From Bacteroidales bacterium (GTDB lineage Bacteria > Bacteroidota > Bacteroidia > Bacteroidales > GCA-2748055), in the NCBI GenBank assembly GCA_029931975.1, contig JAOZQY010000016.1, positions 348 through 64,347 of the forward strand: DNA of 64,000 nt, written 5' to 3'. Made by a program: the position numbers and the translations under genes. The notes under the pieces were generated by a model. It ran no database searches and was not told the origin of the DNA. It worked only from the letters and a program-made list of their open reading frames with translations. This document shows positions 29,922 to 40,000 of the stretch, piece after piece. The stretch's first letter is position 1. Each line of letters starts with the position of its first letter.

Positions 29922-30727
29922 TTCTTACACTTCACTATAAGGCCGGTCCCGGTGCTGTGCTTACCCCTGACATCGGCCGTATTCAGCAGATAACAGAATG
30001 GATAGACAAGCAGGTAGTAGAAAGGTAGTAAGAGCAGGAAAAGTTTGCTGATATTGGCCAGCAATATGGGGTATTTCATGGATAGTTTCCAGGAGATTTT
30101 ACCCGGTCCGCCATAAGAATAGCGTATCTGGATATCAGAAAAGCCTGCTTCCTGCAGTTTTTCATTAATCTCTTCCATTCCATAGCCATCACGCACATGT
30201 TCGTCAATAAAGGACTCCTCATGTTCGTGATGAACGTCAGATCCTCCCTGGTCGGAAGGGGTGGAAATCAACAGCACTCCCCCCGGCTTCAAACCCTTAT
30301 AGATATGCTTAAATACCGTGCGATCATCTTCGATATGCTCCATCACATCTACGGAGAGCACCAGGTCCCAGGCTTCACTTTTCTCCAGCCTGGTCAGATC
30401 GACATACTTGAATACCACATTCCGGTCCCGTCCTATGGTAGAAAAAAACTGGTTACAATCGTCCACCTGCTCCTGTTTGATATCCAGTCCTTCAATTTTG
30501 GATTGGGGATATTTATGGGACAGGTAATATACATATTGCCCGAATCCGGAACCCGCATCGGCAATCTGCCCGGGCAAAAAACCTTCTTTTTTCAGTTTTT
30601 TTAACTCACGACGGATATGCCAGGAGCGCAGCAGAAGTAAATCCAGCAATCTGTAAAAAATTCTCCTCAGAAAAGGTGTGCTGTTAAATACCTTACCAAG
30701 GCTGCGTTTAATGGGATCGTACTGCAT
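29918..30727 (-). CDS. class I SAM-dependent methyltransferase
   Basis: 269 aa. Motif I IADAGSGFGQ, DLVLSVDVMEHIED and LKPGGVLLIS. A hydrophobic C-terminal segment is present. Confidence 0.8.
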   Translation of the reverse strand: MQYDPIKRSLGKVFNSTPFLRRIFYRLLDLLLLRSWHIRRELKKLKKEGFLPGQIADAGSGFGQYVYYLSHKYPQSKIEGLDIKQEQVDDCNQFFSTIGRDRNVVFKYVDLTRLEKSEAWDLVLSVDVMEHIEDDRTVFKHIYKGLKPGGVLLISTPSDQGGSDVHHEHEESFIDEHVRDGYGMEEINEKLQEAGFSDIQIRYSYGGPGKISWKLSMKYPILLANISKLFLLLLPFYYLLVYPFCYLLNTADVRGKHSTGTGLIVKCKK

Positions 30728-30729
30728 TA

Positions 30730-31068
30730 TTAATCTTTTAAAAGGTCCTCAATTCGGTCGATATAGTCCAGCGAGTCATCAAGGAAAAATGCAAATTCAG
30801 GAATATGTCTTAACTGGTTCCGGAGTATATTTCCCATCTCACTGCGTATCAGTCCGGTCCTGTCAGAGATGGTCTGAACGGTTTCGCCAGCTTTTTCACC
30901 GGGGAAGATGCTCAGGTAGACTTTTGCTACACCCAGATCAGGGCTGATGCGCACTACGGTTACAGTAATCATTTTGTCCCCGGCAAAGGCTGATGCGTGC
31001 GTCTGAAAATATTTTCCCAGCTCCTTTTGAAGCAGCCTGGAGACTTTATGCTGGCGGGTTGTGGTCAT
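30730..31068 (-). CDS. rbfA: ribosome-binding factor A
   Basis: RQHKVSRLLQKELGKYF and VTVVRISPDLGVAKVYLS are typical of RbfA. I prefer the ATG at 31068 (113 aa) over the track start at 31167, which would overlap the divergent trpS gene. Confidence 0.85.
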   Translation of the reverse strand: MTTTRQHKVSRLLQKELGKYFQTHASAFAGDKMITVTVVRISPDLGVAKVYLSIFPGEKAGETVQTISDRTGLIRSEMGNILRNQLRHIPEFAFFLDDSLDYIDRIEDLLKD

Positions 31069-31114
31069 TTGGGCAAAAGTACGTTTTTTCAAGAACATTT
31101 TATAGTTTTGCACG

Positions 31115-32104
31115 ATGGACACAGTATTAAGCGGAATCAGGTCGACCGGAAACCTGCACCTGGGCAATTATTTTGGAGCGGTAAAGAATTTTGTGAAGAT
31201 GCAACACGAGAACAGGTGCTTCTTTTTCGTAGCGGATTATCATGCCCTGACCACGCATCCCAAACCTGAAAACCTTCATGACAACATAAAGAAAGTGCTT
31301 TCCGAATACCTGGCAGCGGGCCTGGATCCGGAGGTGGCCACCCTGTACATCCAGAGTGATGTTCCAGAGATCATTGAGCTCTATCTTCTGCTCAATATGA
31401 ATGCCTATGTGGGAGAATTGGAACGCACCACCACCTTCAAAGAAAAGATCCGTAAGCAGCCCGAAAATGTAAATGCAGGATTGTTGACCTATCCGGTGCT
31501 AATGTGCTCGGATATTATCATCCACCAGGCCGATAAGGTCCCGGTGGGAAAGGACCAGGAACAGAATCTTGAAATGGCCCGCAAGTTTGCCAAGCGTTTT
31601 AACCACATGTACGGTGTGGAGTATTTTAAACTGCCTGAACCTTATAATTTCGGTGATGAGCTGGTTAAGGTTCCGGGCCTGGACGGTACAGGAAAAATGG
31701 GAAAAAGTGATGGCAATGGAATATTCCTCGCGGATGAACCCTCGGTGATACGCAAAAAGGTGATGCGTGCTGTCACCGATGCCGGACCAAAGGAAGTCAA
31801 CTCCACCATGCCCGAACCGGTCGCCAACCTTTTTTACCTCCTGGATCTTCTTTCAACGCCGGATACTGTGGAGCATTTCCGATCAGCTTATCATGACTGC
31901 AGCATTCGCTACGGGGATCTGAAGAAGCAGCTGGCCGAAGACATCATCAACTTTACTACGCCCATACGTGAACGGATCAATGACATCTACAACGATTCGG
32001 ATTACCTGCGCAAAGTGGTGAACATGGGAGCTGAAAAGGCCCGCGCAAGCGCATCGAAGACCCTTCGCGAAGTTCGTGAGATCCTGGGTTACAGACCTTT
32101 CTAA
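31115..32104 (+). CDS. trpS: tryptophan--tRNA ligase
   Basis: 329 aa. SGIRSTGNLHLGNY (HIGH region), KMGKS (KMSKS variant), DQEQNLEMAR. Confidence 0.95.
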   Translation: MDTVLSGIRSTGNLHLGNYFGAVKNFVKMQHENRCFFFVADYHALTTHPKPENLHDNIKKVLSEYLAAGLDPEVATLYIQSDVPEIIELYLLLNMNAYVGELERTTTFKEKIRKQPENVNAGLLTYPVLMCSDIIIHQADKVPVGKDQEQNLEMARKFAKRFNHMYGVEYFKLPEPYNFGDELVKVPGLDGTGKMGKSDGNGIFLADEPSVIRKKVMRAVTDAGPKEVNSTMPEPVANLFYLLDLLSTPDTVEHFRSAYHDCSIRYGDLKKQLAEDIINFTTPIRERINDIYNDSDYLRKVVNMGAEKARASASKTLREVREILGYRPF

Positions 32105-32274
32105 ATCATCCTCTCCCATTCTTTATGACCCCGGCACTTCTCATTCCAATCTATTATTATATCGAAAGTATGTTCAGGGAGAACACCTATAAATATTTGC
32201 GCCTTGGCGAAAAGATTTTAAGCGGCGACCTGAATATCCTGAAGATATAAGATGTTGGAATGCTATACCGGGGG

Positions 32275-32309
32275 TATAAAAAAGTAAAAGTCCGCCTGTG
32301 TAGACGGAC
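32275..32309 (-). terminator. possible terminator after ung
   Basis: Minus strand: GTCCG-10 nt-CGGAC followed by TTTTACTTTTTT. The stem is short (5 bp). Confidence 0.4.
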
Positions 32310-32381
32310 CTGGCCCTAATAATCAGGGATATGATTGGATGAACTGTCACTATCTATAAAACAAATTGCATGCCAAAGATG

Positions 32382-33059
32382 CTACAGAGCCCAATCAATT
32401 TCAGTTTTTCCTGTCCGTTTCAGGTATTCATTGCATAAGGAGAAGTGCCTGCAACCAAAAAATCCGTTATAAGCAGAGAGAGGAGAAGGGTGAGCAGCTT
32501 TCAGAACCAGGTGTTTGTTACTGTCAATGAGCGATTCTTTGGCCTGGGCAAAGCGACCCCAGAGCAAAAAGACCACGCCGCTTTTTTTCTGTGATACCAT
32601 TTCAATTACCCGGTTTGTAAAATTTTCCCAGCCTTTTTTCTGGTGTGAACCGGCCAAACTGTCGCGAACCGTCAGTGTGGCATTGATCAGCAGGACTCCC
32701 TGGTCGGTCCATTTTTCCAGATTACCACTTTCCGGAATTGGGAGGCTAAGATCCGTATTCAGTTCTTTGAAGATGTTGACCAGAGAGGGGGGCTTTTGAA
32801 TTCCCTGTGGAACAGAGAAACACAGGCCATGGGCCTGGCCCTTGCCATGATATGGATCCTGCCCCAGTATAACCACTTTTACAGAATCAAAGGGAGTGCG
32901 GTTAAAGGCATTAAAAATGAGCGGACCCGGAGGGTAGATAACATGATGCTTTTTCTCCTCCACAAGGAACTCCTTGAGAGTAGTGAAATAGGGAGATTGG
33001 AACTGATCCTTCAGTACCGCCTTCCAACCATCTTCTATGTTGGGATCAATTTTCTGCAT
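32382..33059 (-). CDS. ung: uracil-DNA glycosylase
   Basis: [22 protein letters not shown] and AAHPSPLSA motifs. The first ATG is at 33059; the track start at 33077 is a TTG. Confidence 0.93.
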   Translation of the reverse strand: MQKIDPNIEDGWKAVLKDQFQSPYFTTLKEFLVEEKKHHVIYPPGPLIFNAFNRTPFDSVKVVILGQDPYHGKGQAHGLCFSVPQGIQKPPSLVNIFKELNTDLSLPIPESGNLEKWTDQGVLLINATLTVRDSLAGSHQKKGWENFTNRVIEMVSQKKSGVVFLLWGRFAQAKESLIDSNKHLVLKAAHPSPLSAYNGFFGCRHFSLCNEYLKRTGKTEIDWAL

Positions 33060-33100
33060 ATGCCAGAAAGTTACCAAAAGTGACAGAGGGGAGCAAGGGT

Positions 33101-35491
33101 TCAGAGGGTAAATCGGGCCGTGAACACAAAGTTGCGTCCTGCTGCACTTATACCTGAAGCGTAAGATTTGTAAAACTGGTCGAACAGGTTTTCAATGGCC
33201 AGCACAAGATCAAAATGATCCCCTGCCTCAACGCCCACCTTAATATTGGCGGTCCACCACGAAGGAAATCCATATTCCATGGCTTCTTTATCATTATCCT
33301 CTCCATAGGGAGAGAAATCCTCTATATGTTTCCATCCCTGGTAGACAAAATAGGTATCCAGGAAAAACCGGCTCTTCCGATAGCTGAGTAATGTCCGGCC
33401 AAAGATGGGGGGAATATGTCCCAGCGGCACATCATCGCTCAGGTTTTGGCCCTTTGTGTAGTTAATGGTCCCTTTCAGGATGAAGTTTTCATTCAGGTTG
33501 GAGGTAATGCCCATGGAGGCACCATATATATAAGCTTCTCCTGCATTGTAGTTGGCTGTAATCTTATACAGATCCCCATCGTAGTAGAGAGAGTCTTCTC
33601 CATTCAGCTGATAATCGGTTCTTACAATGGCATCGTCCAGGTAGCTAACAAAACCCACCAGTTTTATCTTCATATATCCCTCAATAAACCTGCTGATTCC
33701 AATTTCCGCATTATAAGTATACTCGGGCGATATATTGGGATTGGGAACGATCACATAATCATCCTTGGCCCTTACCTTGCCATAATCATCCACATTGGGG
33801 CTCCTGAATCCCGAGGAGAGAATGGCGTTCAGCTGCCATTGATTGGAAGGAGTATAAACCAGTCCGGCACTTCCGGTAAGGGCTCCGTTGTTCATGCTGA
33901 TCTCATCATAAGGAAGCAGGGAATTGGAAAATAAAGAATACAAATGTCCCTGCATATACCTCGAGCCCAGGTTCAGAACCAGTTTATCATTCAGTAGCCA
34001 TTTATAACTGATGTAAGCTGAGGTACTCCAGGTCAAACTTCCTCCATCCGGGTAGCGGGTAAGAGCCTCCTGGAGTTCACCCGTTTTGACATTTTTATAC
34101 CAGGCATCTGAATCAAGCAGGTTGCTGTTTAGTTCTGCTCCATAGTAGAGTTTGTGCCGGGCTCCCCAGACCTTTAGCAGGTCGAAATTCAGACTGAATA
34201 CCATAACATCTTCCTGCTGGGTAAGTAGCTCGTCATTCCTGAACTTACGTGAATATCGATCCTCATCAATTTTCTGAAATGCTGCCAGAGTGGTCATATT
34301 GGTAAAAACAGGGTTGTCTTTTTTCAGGACGTTTTTCAGTGATACCAGGAACCTGTTCTGCGGACCATAGAAATATTCAGCATATTTGAGATCAGTACCG
34401 CTGTAGTCATTTAATTTATCAATCCGGTCGATATCCGAGGAAGTGGAATATTGCAAATTCAGAATCCAGTCCACATATTTGGAGGGAATATACCTGATTT
34501 TCTGAAGGATGTCGAGCTGACTGTAGCCGGTCTTTAGCTGTATAAGGGGGTTCCCATTGAGTATGGTAGAATCCACACCGTTTACCTGGTCCACAGAATG
34601 CATCTGCTTTCCCCAATCGCCCAGGGTGGGATTTCTCCTGCTTCCGATTCGGATATTGCCCAGGTTCTTGTAGGTAATGCTTGAAAGAGAGGCCCAGCGT
34701 TTTCTTCCGGCTGAAAAATCAAGATGACCCGTAAGGCCGTTCATGGCTGAAGCATATTGTGTATAGGCATGCGTATTAAAGTTGGTAGTGCTGTCGGTTC
34801 CCATCCGGGGATCTCTTGTATAGTAATGGACCACGCCCCCCAGTGCATCACTTCCGTACATGATGGAAGAGGGCCCGAAAATAACCTCGGTTCGTTCAAG
34901 AATGGAGTGATCAATGGTGATGGAATTCTGGAGGTGTCCGCTGCGGTAGATAGCATTATTTAACCTTACCCCGTCTACCACCAGTAGAATTTTATTGGCC
35001 TCAAAGCCCCGAAGAATAGGACTTCCTCCGCCTCCCTGGGTTCTCTGAACCATTATATTCCCGGTCTCTTCCAGGATATCAGCCGCGCTGAATCCGGTAG
35101 ATTCCATAAGCATCTCGTCCTTCAATACATTCACCAAATAGGGGATCATCAGACTGCTTTCCCTCGATTTGGATGCAGAAATAACATACTCATCTATCAG
35201 GACCCTTTTTCTTTGGAGTTCAAGCTCTTTCTGTCCGGCAATCTCCGCCTTAGTGCATCTCCTGCTAATAAATGAGGGATGCTGAAAGAATAATGTATCG
35301 CTATCGGGGAAAATGGCCATGTCAATTATACCCAGGGAATCGCTTAAGGTGTATTTTCCCCGGGTACTATTATATACTGCAACATTTTCAACGGGGGAGC
35401 GGTCGGAGGTGTTTATAAGCTGTAATTGTTGTCCATTTGCCAGGGAAGCAAAAACTAAGGCGTTAACTATAAAGAGATTACGATATGTCAT
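33101..35491 (-). CDS. TonB-dependent outer-membrane receptor
   Basis: About 796 aa from the ATG at 35491 (the track start at 35506 is a GTG). Signal peptide, an N-terminal extension, a plug region ([20 protein letters not shown]...[10 protein letters not shown]), and a terminal aromatic (FTARFTL). No adjacent SusD-like gene. Confidence 0.85.
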   Translation of the reverse strand: MTYRNLFIVNALVFASLANGQQLQLINTSDRSPVENVAVYNSTRGKYTLSDSLGIIDMAIFPDSDTLFFQHPSFISRRCTKAEIAGQKELELQRKRVLIDEYVISASKSRESSLMIPYLVNVLKDEMLMESTGFSAADILEETGNIMVQRTQGGGGSPILRGFEANKILLVVDGVRLNNAIYRSGHLQNSITIDHSILERTEVIFGPSSIMYGSDALGGVVHYYTRDPRMGTDSTTNFNTHAYTQYASAMNGLTGHLDFSAGRKRWASLSSITYKNLGNIRIGSRRNPTLGDWGKQMHSVDQVNGVDSTILNGNPLIQLKTGYSQLDILQKIRYIPSKYVDWILNLQYSTSSDIDRIDKLNDYSGTDLKYAEYFYGPQNRFLVSLKNVLKKDNPVFTNMTTLAAFQKIDEDRYSRKFRNDELLTQQEDVMVFSLNFDLLKVWGARHKLYYGAELNSNLLDSDAWYKNVKTGELQEALTRYPDGGSLTWSTSAYISYKWLLNDKLVLNLGSRYMQGHLYSLFSNSLLPYDEISMNNGALTGSAGLVYTPSNQWQLNAILSSGFRSPNVDDYGKVRAKDDYVIVPNPNISPEYTYNAEIGISRFIEGYMKIKLVGFVSYLDDAIVRTDYQLNGEDSLYYDGDLYKITANYNAGEAYIYGASMGITSNLNENFILKGTINYTKGQNLSDDVPLGHIPPIFGRTLLSYRKSRFFLDTYFVYQGWKHIEDFSPYGEDNDKEAMEYGFPSWWTANIKVGVEAGDHFDLVLAIENLFDQFYKSYASGISAAGRNFVFTARFTL

Positions 35492-35578
35492 AAAAGAAAA
35501 AAACACGCAATAATATTACAAAAACTATACCACTCTTTCATGTTGGTAATTTTTCCACAATCCTGTGTTTGAAATTCA

Positions 35579-35586
35579 TATTTTTG
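35579..35586 (+). promoter_or_regulatory. putative -7 promoter box (TATTTTTG) for the three-gene cluster
   Basis: TAnnTTTG match 18 nt upstream of the ATG at 35604. Confidence 0.35.
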
Positions 35587-35603
35587 AATGAAATGGGAGC
35601 TAA

Positions 35604-38363
35604 ATGGTGAAACGCATTATATACGGGGGGCTCTTTGCGGTCATATGCCTGGGATTGCTGGTGGTAATTCTACTCAAACGCTTCGATGAAATAGAACCAA
35701 TTGAGGTCCTGAGAGCTATTCCTGAAGATGCTATTCTGTTTGCCGAAGATATCGATTACCAGTACCTGACAGAATCTTTTTTGTCGGAAAGCAGAATCTG
35801 GATCGACTTTGTGAATATTATTGAAAGAAGTGATCTGGATTCTACACTGGATGCCGTTTTTGGACAGATCCGTTCTTCGGAATTCCTGAACGACCTGCTC
35901 CTTAAAGAGGGCTTGAACCTTTCATTACACAAGCTTGGTAAAGATCGGCTGACACCTCTTTTTTACATAGACTATTCGGATGCGCACAGCGACCATGATT
36001 TTGACCATCTCATGAAGGAGCTCCTTGAGAAGAAAGCTATAGTGAATGAGAGGAAGTATGAGACTGTACTATTGAATGATGTTTCGGGGGGACCTGGATT
36101 TGTGCCGGGGAAGTTTTCCTATGCCTGCCTGGATGGACTTTGCCTGATCAGTCCGTCTTCCATGCTTGTGGAAGCAGCCATCAGAACCATTCATTCCGAT
36201 ACAAATCTTCCTTCCAGGCGAGGACTCCAAAAGGTGAGGGAAACCGCGGGCCGCTATGTTCATGCGAATCTCTATATCAATTATAAGGAACTACCAGGGC
36301 TTCTTTATCCCATCATCGATGAGTCGAAGTGGGGAAAGCTCGGCATTTTATCAGATCTGGCTTCCTGGGGCGAACTGGACATGGATGTGAAACAGGAAGC
36401 TCTGATCCTTAATGGAATGACATATGTGGAGTCGAATCTCCCTTTGCTCCTTGGGGCCTTCAGGGATCAGTCGCCGGTCAGGATGGAGTTGCAGGAGATA
36501 TTGCCTTCAGGGACCAGTTATTTTTTACATCTGGGTATTGGAGACAGGAAAAAGTTTAAGGAACAGGCGATTAGTTATCTGAATGGATTGGGAAAGGGGC
36601 CTGCGATTGAAGCTGAAATGCAGAGGCTCGATCAGCTCTATGGAATTGATCCCCTGGAGGATCTCTCCCGGGTCCTGGCAGATGAAATGGCCTGGTTTGC
36701 CATTGAAGGAGTGACAGAGAAGCCGGAAGATGAGTTTCTGGTCATCGAGACCCGAAGTCGCAGTGAAACTGTTGAAGTCGTTATGCGCTGGGTAGAGCAG
36801 TATCTCCAGCTACACGCTTTTGATATGCGCTCTCTGAGGCATGTGTATCAGCTTGACAAGCAGACCCTTTTTAATATTTACAAACTCCCCGATCAGTTTT
36901 TTAAAGGAACCTCTGCCGCTCGTCTTTTTAACCAGTACTTTACAGTTTATGAAAATTACCTGATCTTTGGACCTTCAGTGGATGCGCTGTCGCGTGTAAT
37001 CTACCAGAATGTACTTCATAAAACCTTTGTCAGCGATCCCGTTTACAAAGAGATTTCAGATTACCTTTCTAATCGCAGTACTATAACACTGTTTTTCCGA
37101 CCCGGTGCTTATATGGACTATAGGAAAGAAATGTTGACCGAAAAGATGAGAGGTTGTCTCGATCAGGTGGAACTGTTTTTGCGGCGGATTCCCGGGCTTG
37201 TGGTACAGTATAGTACCGAAGGCGATCTTTTCTATCATAGCATCAGTTGTAAGTATTTACCCCAGATAAAAGACAAAGCGCTGACTGTTTGGGAGAGCCT
37301 GATGGATACCTCTGTGGTGATCAAACCGGCACTGGTTGTCAATCATAATACATCAGAGAAGGAGATTTTCATTCAGGATCTCGCCAATAAGGTCTATTTA
37401 ATTAATGGTGCCGGGAGGGTACTCTGGAAGCAAGCCGTTGAGGGACCTATACTGGGAAGTGTTCATCAGGTGGATTTCTACAGGAACGGAAAACTACAAT
37501 ACCTCTTTAATACGGCCACTAAGATGCATTTAATTGACCGGAACGGGAATTATGTGGAGCGTTACCCTGTTTCATTCAGGTCCGATGCAACCAATCCCCT
37601 TGCACTTTTTGACTATGATAAGGGCCGTGATTACCGACTGTTTGTGGCCACAGAAGACAGGAGGATCTATGTGTATGATATTGAGGGAAATATGATTACA
37701 GGGTGGAAGTTTGGGAAAACCGAATCAAGGGTGACCGGGGAGATTCAGCACTTTAGAATCAATGAAAAGGATTATATTGTTGCCATTGATCAGAACAGGG
37801 CCTATATTCTTGATCGAAGAGGCAGGGAGCGGATCAAACTGAAAGAGAAACTGGTGTTGTCGCCTCAGAATCCGCTTAGTCTGGATATGAATATCAGGGA
37901 AGAGAAACCCAGGTTGATCTCTACCGATACTTCGGGAAGTGTGTTTGCCATATATATGGATGGATCTGTTTCCAGGCTATTGTCCAGGGAGGCCTCACCT
38001 GATCATTTTTTCCAGATGAAAGATTTGAACAGGGATGGAATCCCCGAGTTTATTTTTGCAGAGGGGGATGAGCTGGAGGTGCTTCATCAGGATGGCAAGA
38101 AAATGTTTACATATAAGGTGAAGGGCCGCATTGGTGAAATGCCCGATTTCTATAAATTTTCGTCTTCAGATATAAAAATCGGAATTACCGACAGGTCCAG
38201 GAGCAGAATATACCTGATCAATTCGGATGGCTCTCTTTATGAAGGGTTTCCTCTGGAGGGTTCCACCAGGTTCAGTATAGGGTATTTTGCCGGTTCCGAC
38301 AGCCGGTTCAATCTGATTGTGGGAAGTGGGAATAACTTCCTTTATAATTATTCAATTGAGTAG
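35604..38363 (+). CDS. hypothetical membrane-anchored protein with a beta-propeller-like C-terminal region
   Basis: 919 aa. Single N-terminal TM segment (GGLFAVICLGLLVVILL). The last 330 aa or so show repeated beta-rich segments (VYLINGAGRVLW, MHLIDRNGNYV, IYVYDIEGNMITGW, AYILDRRGRE, IYLINSDGSLYEGFP) and an FG-GAP/VCBS-like loop (DLNRDGIPEFIF). No family name recognised. Confidence 0.65.
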   Translation: MVKRIIYGGLFAVICLGLLVVILLKRFDEIEPIEVLRAIPEDAILFAEDIDYQYLTESFLSESRIWIDFVNIIERSDLDSTLDAVFGQIRSSEFLNDLLLKEGLNLSLHKLGKDRLTPLFYIDYSDAHSDHDFDHLMKELLEKKAIVNERKYETVLLNDVSGGPGFVPGKFSYACLDGLCLISPSSMLVEAAIRTIHSDTNLPSRRGLQKVRETAGRYVHANLYINYKELPGLLYPIIDESKWGKLGILSDLASWGELDMDVKQEALILNGMTYVESNLPLLLGAFRDQSPVRMELQEILPSGTSYFLHLGIGDRKKFKEQAISYLNGLGKGPAIEAEMQRLDQLYGIDPLEDLSRVLADEMAWFAIEGVTEKPEDEFLVIETRSRSETVEVVMRWVEQYLQLHAFDMRSLRHVYQLDKQTLFNIYKLPDQFFKGTSAARLFNQYFTVYENYLIFGPSVDALSRVIYQNVLHKTFVSDPVYKEISDYLSNRSTITLFFRPGAYMDYRKEMLTEKMRGCLDQVELFLRRIPGLVVQYSTEGDLFYHSISCKYLPQIKDKALTVWESLMDTSVVIKPALVVNHNTSEKEIFIQDLANKVYLINGAGRVLWKQAVEGPILGSVHQVDFYRNGKLQYLFNTATKMHLIDRNGNYVERYPVSFRSDATNPLALFDYDKGRDYRLFVATEDRRIYVYDIEGNMITGWKFGKTESRVTGEIQHFRINEKDYIVAIDQNRAYILDRRGRERIKLKEKLVLSPQNPLSLDMNIREEKPRLISTDTSGSVFAIYMDGSVSRLLSREASPDHFFQMKDLNRDGIPEFIFAEGDELEVLHQDGKKMFTYKVKGRIGEMPDFYKFSSSDIKIGITDRSRSRIYLINSDGSLYEGFPLEGSTRFSIGYFAGSDSRFNLIVGSGNNFLYNYSIE

Positions 38364-38365
38364 TC

Positions 38366-40000
38366 ATGAGGAAAATCTTAAAAAATAGCGTGAAATTCTT
38401 AATGGCTGGAGGCCTCCTTCTGACTTCCTGTCACAAAGAGTATTTTCAACTGGATAGATTGTCCGATGAGATGGAAATCAGTCCGGATGTTGTGGCACCA
38501 TTGGTGCACGGTTCCATGTCGATGGGTGATATAGTAGCCCGGTTTGATTCAACAGGTTATGTGGGTGAATTTGATGATGGTCTGATTTACCTGACCTATG
38601 CAGATACCCTGGTTGATGTGATGGTTGATACAGTTGATCTGTTGATTGACGAATTCTACCAAGAGGTGTATTTTGATCTGGAAATAGGCGATAATCCCAT
38701 TTATATCAGTAGTAATATTGGCGATACCCTGCACTTCAGAAAAAGCAAGTTTTACGGCTTCTCGGTGGATGGGGACACTCGTATAGACAGCATTATCTTC
38801 AAGGAGGGGGAAGTGATGACCGAGATACAAAGCACTTTTCTTCATGGAGGGATTTTAACCATAAGCTCCGATTACCTGAGGAATGAAAACAGGAATTCCT
38901 ATTCCAACACCATAACGATCAGTGAATCGGATGGAAGCTTCTCATGGACCGATCATCTCGACCTGGATGGCTATTACCTGGCAACGGATAAGAGTGGCGA
39001 TTCCGTCGTATTCAGGATGGATTATGACCTGGCCCTGATCAACTCCGGGAGTCCAATTAACCCGGGAGACCACTGCGAAATTAACTCCAACTTCCTGGAT
39101 CTGGGTTTTTACAGTATATACGGAGTAATTGATCCTGGTCAAATTGTTTCTGAGAGTGGTGTGTTGGATATTCCGATCTATGCGGATGTCCCGGAACTTT
39201 CTCATTTGAAACTTGCCGATCCCAGGATCAATATCTTTACAGAAAACTCACTGGGGCTTCCCTTTGAGCTGGAGCTTGATAGTGTCATTGCTACTGCTGT
39301 AGATGGTACCACTGCCACACTGGTACTTAATGAGCATCCTTTTAAAATTCCGGCACCAGATATTGCTCATGTGGGAGAGACAGCTTATGGCGAGATTAAT
39401 ATCAATAACCAGACCTCTAATTTCCAGGAGCTCTTAAATATTGCTCCCAGCACACTGTCCTATAGAGTAGAAGGGGGCCTTGACCAGGAGTACCTGGATC
39501 ACTTTATACTTGACACCAGCAGGTTTATGGTGGAAGCTGAATTTATGTTGCCATTGGATCTGAGCTTTTCTGAATATGCCCTGATGGATACACTTGAGTT
39601 TGAATTGGGTGAGGAAGGGATAGATACTGCGATTATTAAAGATGTGGTAATTTCTGTTTCCACCATCAATGAGCTGCCCATGGAGCTGGGTTTGCAGGTT
39701 TACATGCTGGATGAATCTTTTGTGGTGCTTGATTCTGTGTTTGATGATGATGCGGTTTTTCTGCCATCCTCGGAGGTGGACTCGGAAGGCAAACTACTTA
39801 GCGCCAGCGAAAACAACAATAGCATCAACTTTCATACGGAGAGATTGGGGAGCCTTGAAGAGGTTCGCTTCCTCAAGATAGAGGCCACTCTGCTCACTTC
39901 AGGATCCGGAAACCAGTTTGTTAAATTCTACTCCGATTATTCACTGGATTTTGAGATTTCTGTTTATGCCAATTTCAGAATTAATACAAGAGAACTATGA
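38366..40000 (+). CDS. hypothetical lipoprotein
   Basis: 544 aa with lipobox GGLLLTSC. Starts 2 nt after the upstream stop (TAGtcATG). No family recognised. Confidence 0.65.
   Translation: MRKILKNSVKFLMAGGLLLTSCHKEYFQLDRLSDEMEISPDVVAPLVHGSMSMGDIVARFDSTGYVGEFDDGLIYLTYADTLVDVMVDTVDLLIDEFYQEVYFDLEIGDNPIYISSNIGDTLHFRKSKFYGFSVDGDTRIDSIIFKEGEVMTEIQSTFLHGGILTISSDYLRNENRNSYSNTITISESDGSFSWTDHLDLDGYYLATDKSGDSVVFRMDYDLALINSGSPINPGDHCEINSNFLDLGFYSIYGVIDPGQIVSESGVLDIPIYADVPELSHLKLADPRINIFTENSLGLPFELELDSVIATAVDGTTATLVLNEHPFKIPAPDIAHVGETAYGEININNQTSNFQELLNIAPSTLSYRVEGGLDQEYLDHFILDTSRFMVEAEFMLPLDLSFSEYALMDTLEFELGEEGIDTAIIKDVVISVSTINELPMELGLQVYMLDESFVVLDSVFDDDAVFLPSSEVDSEGKLLSASENNNSINFHTERLGSLEEVRFLKIEATLLTSGSGNQFVKFYSDYSLDFEISVYANFRINTREL

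Noticed and set aside
31069-31167. Extended rbfA start (track start at 31167)
   Set aside because: The extension adds 33 non-conserved residues and overlaps the divergent trpS coding region by 53 nt. The ATG at 31068 gives a typical 113-aa RbfA.
32170-32250. 26-codon ORF (MFRENTYKYLRLGEKILSGDLNILKI) in the 277-nt trpS-ung gap, the largest non-coding stretch in the window
   Set aside because: It is too short to support from sequence alone. It has no recognisable motif and no adjacent TAnnTTTG box. I also saw no convincing ncRNA structure or tRNA cloverleaf in the gap beyond the ung terminator hairpin.
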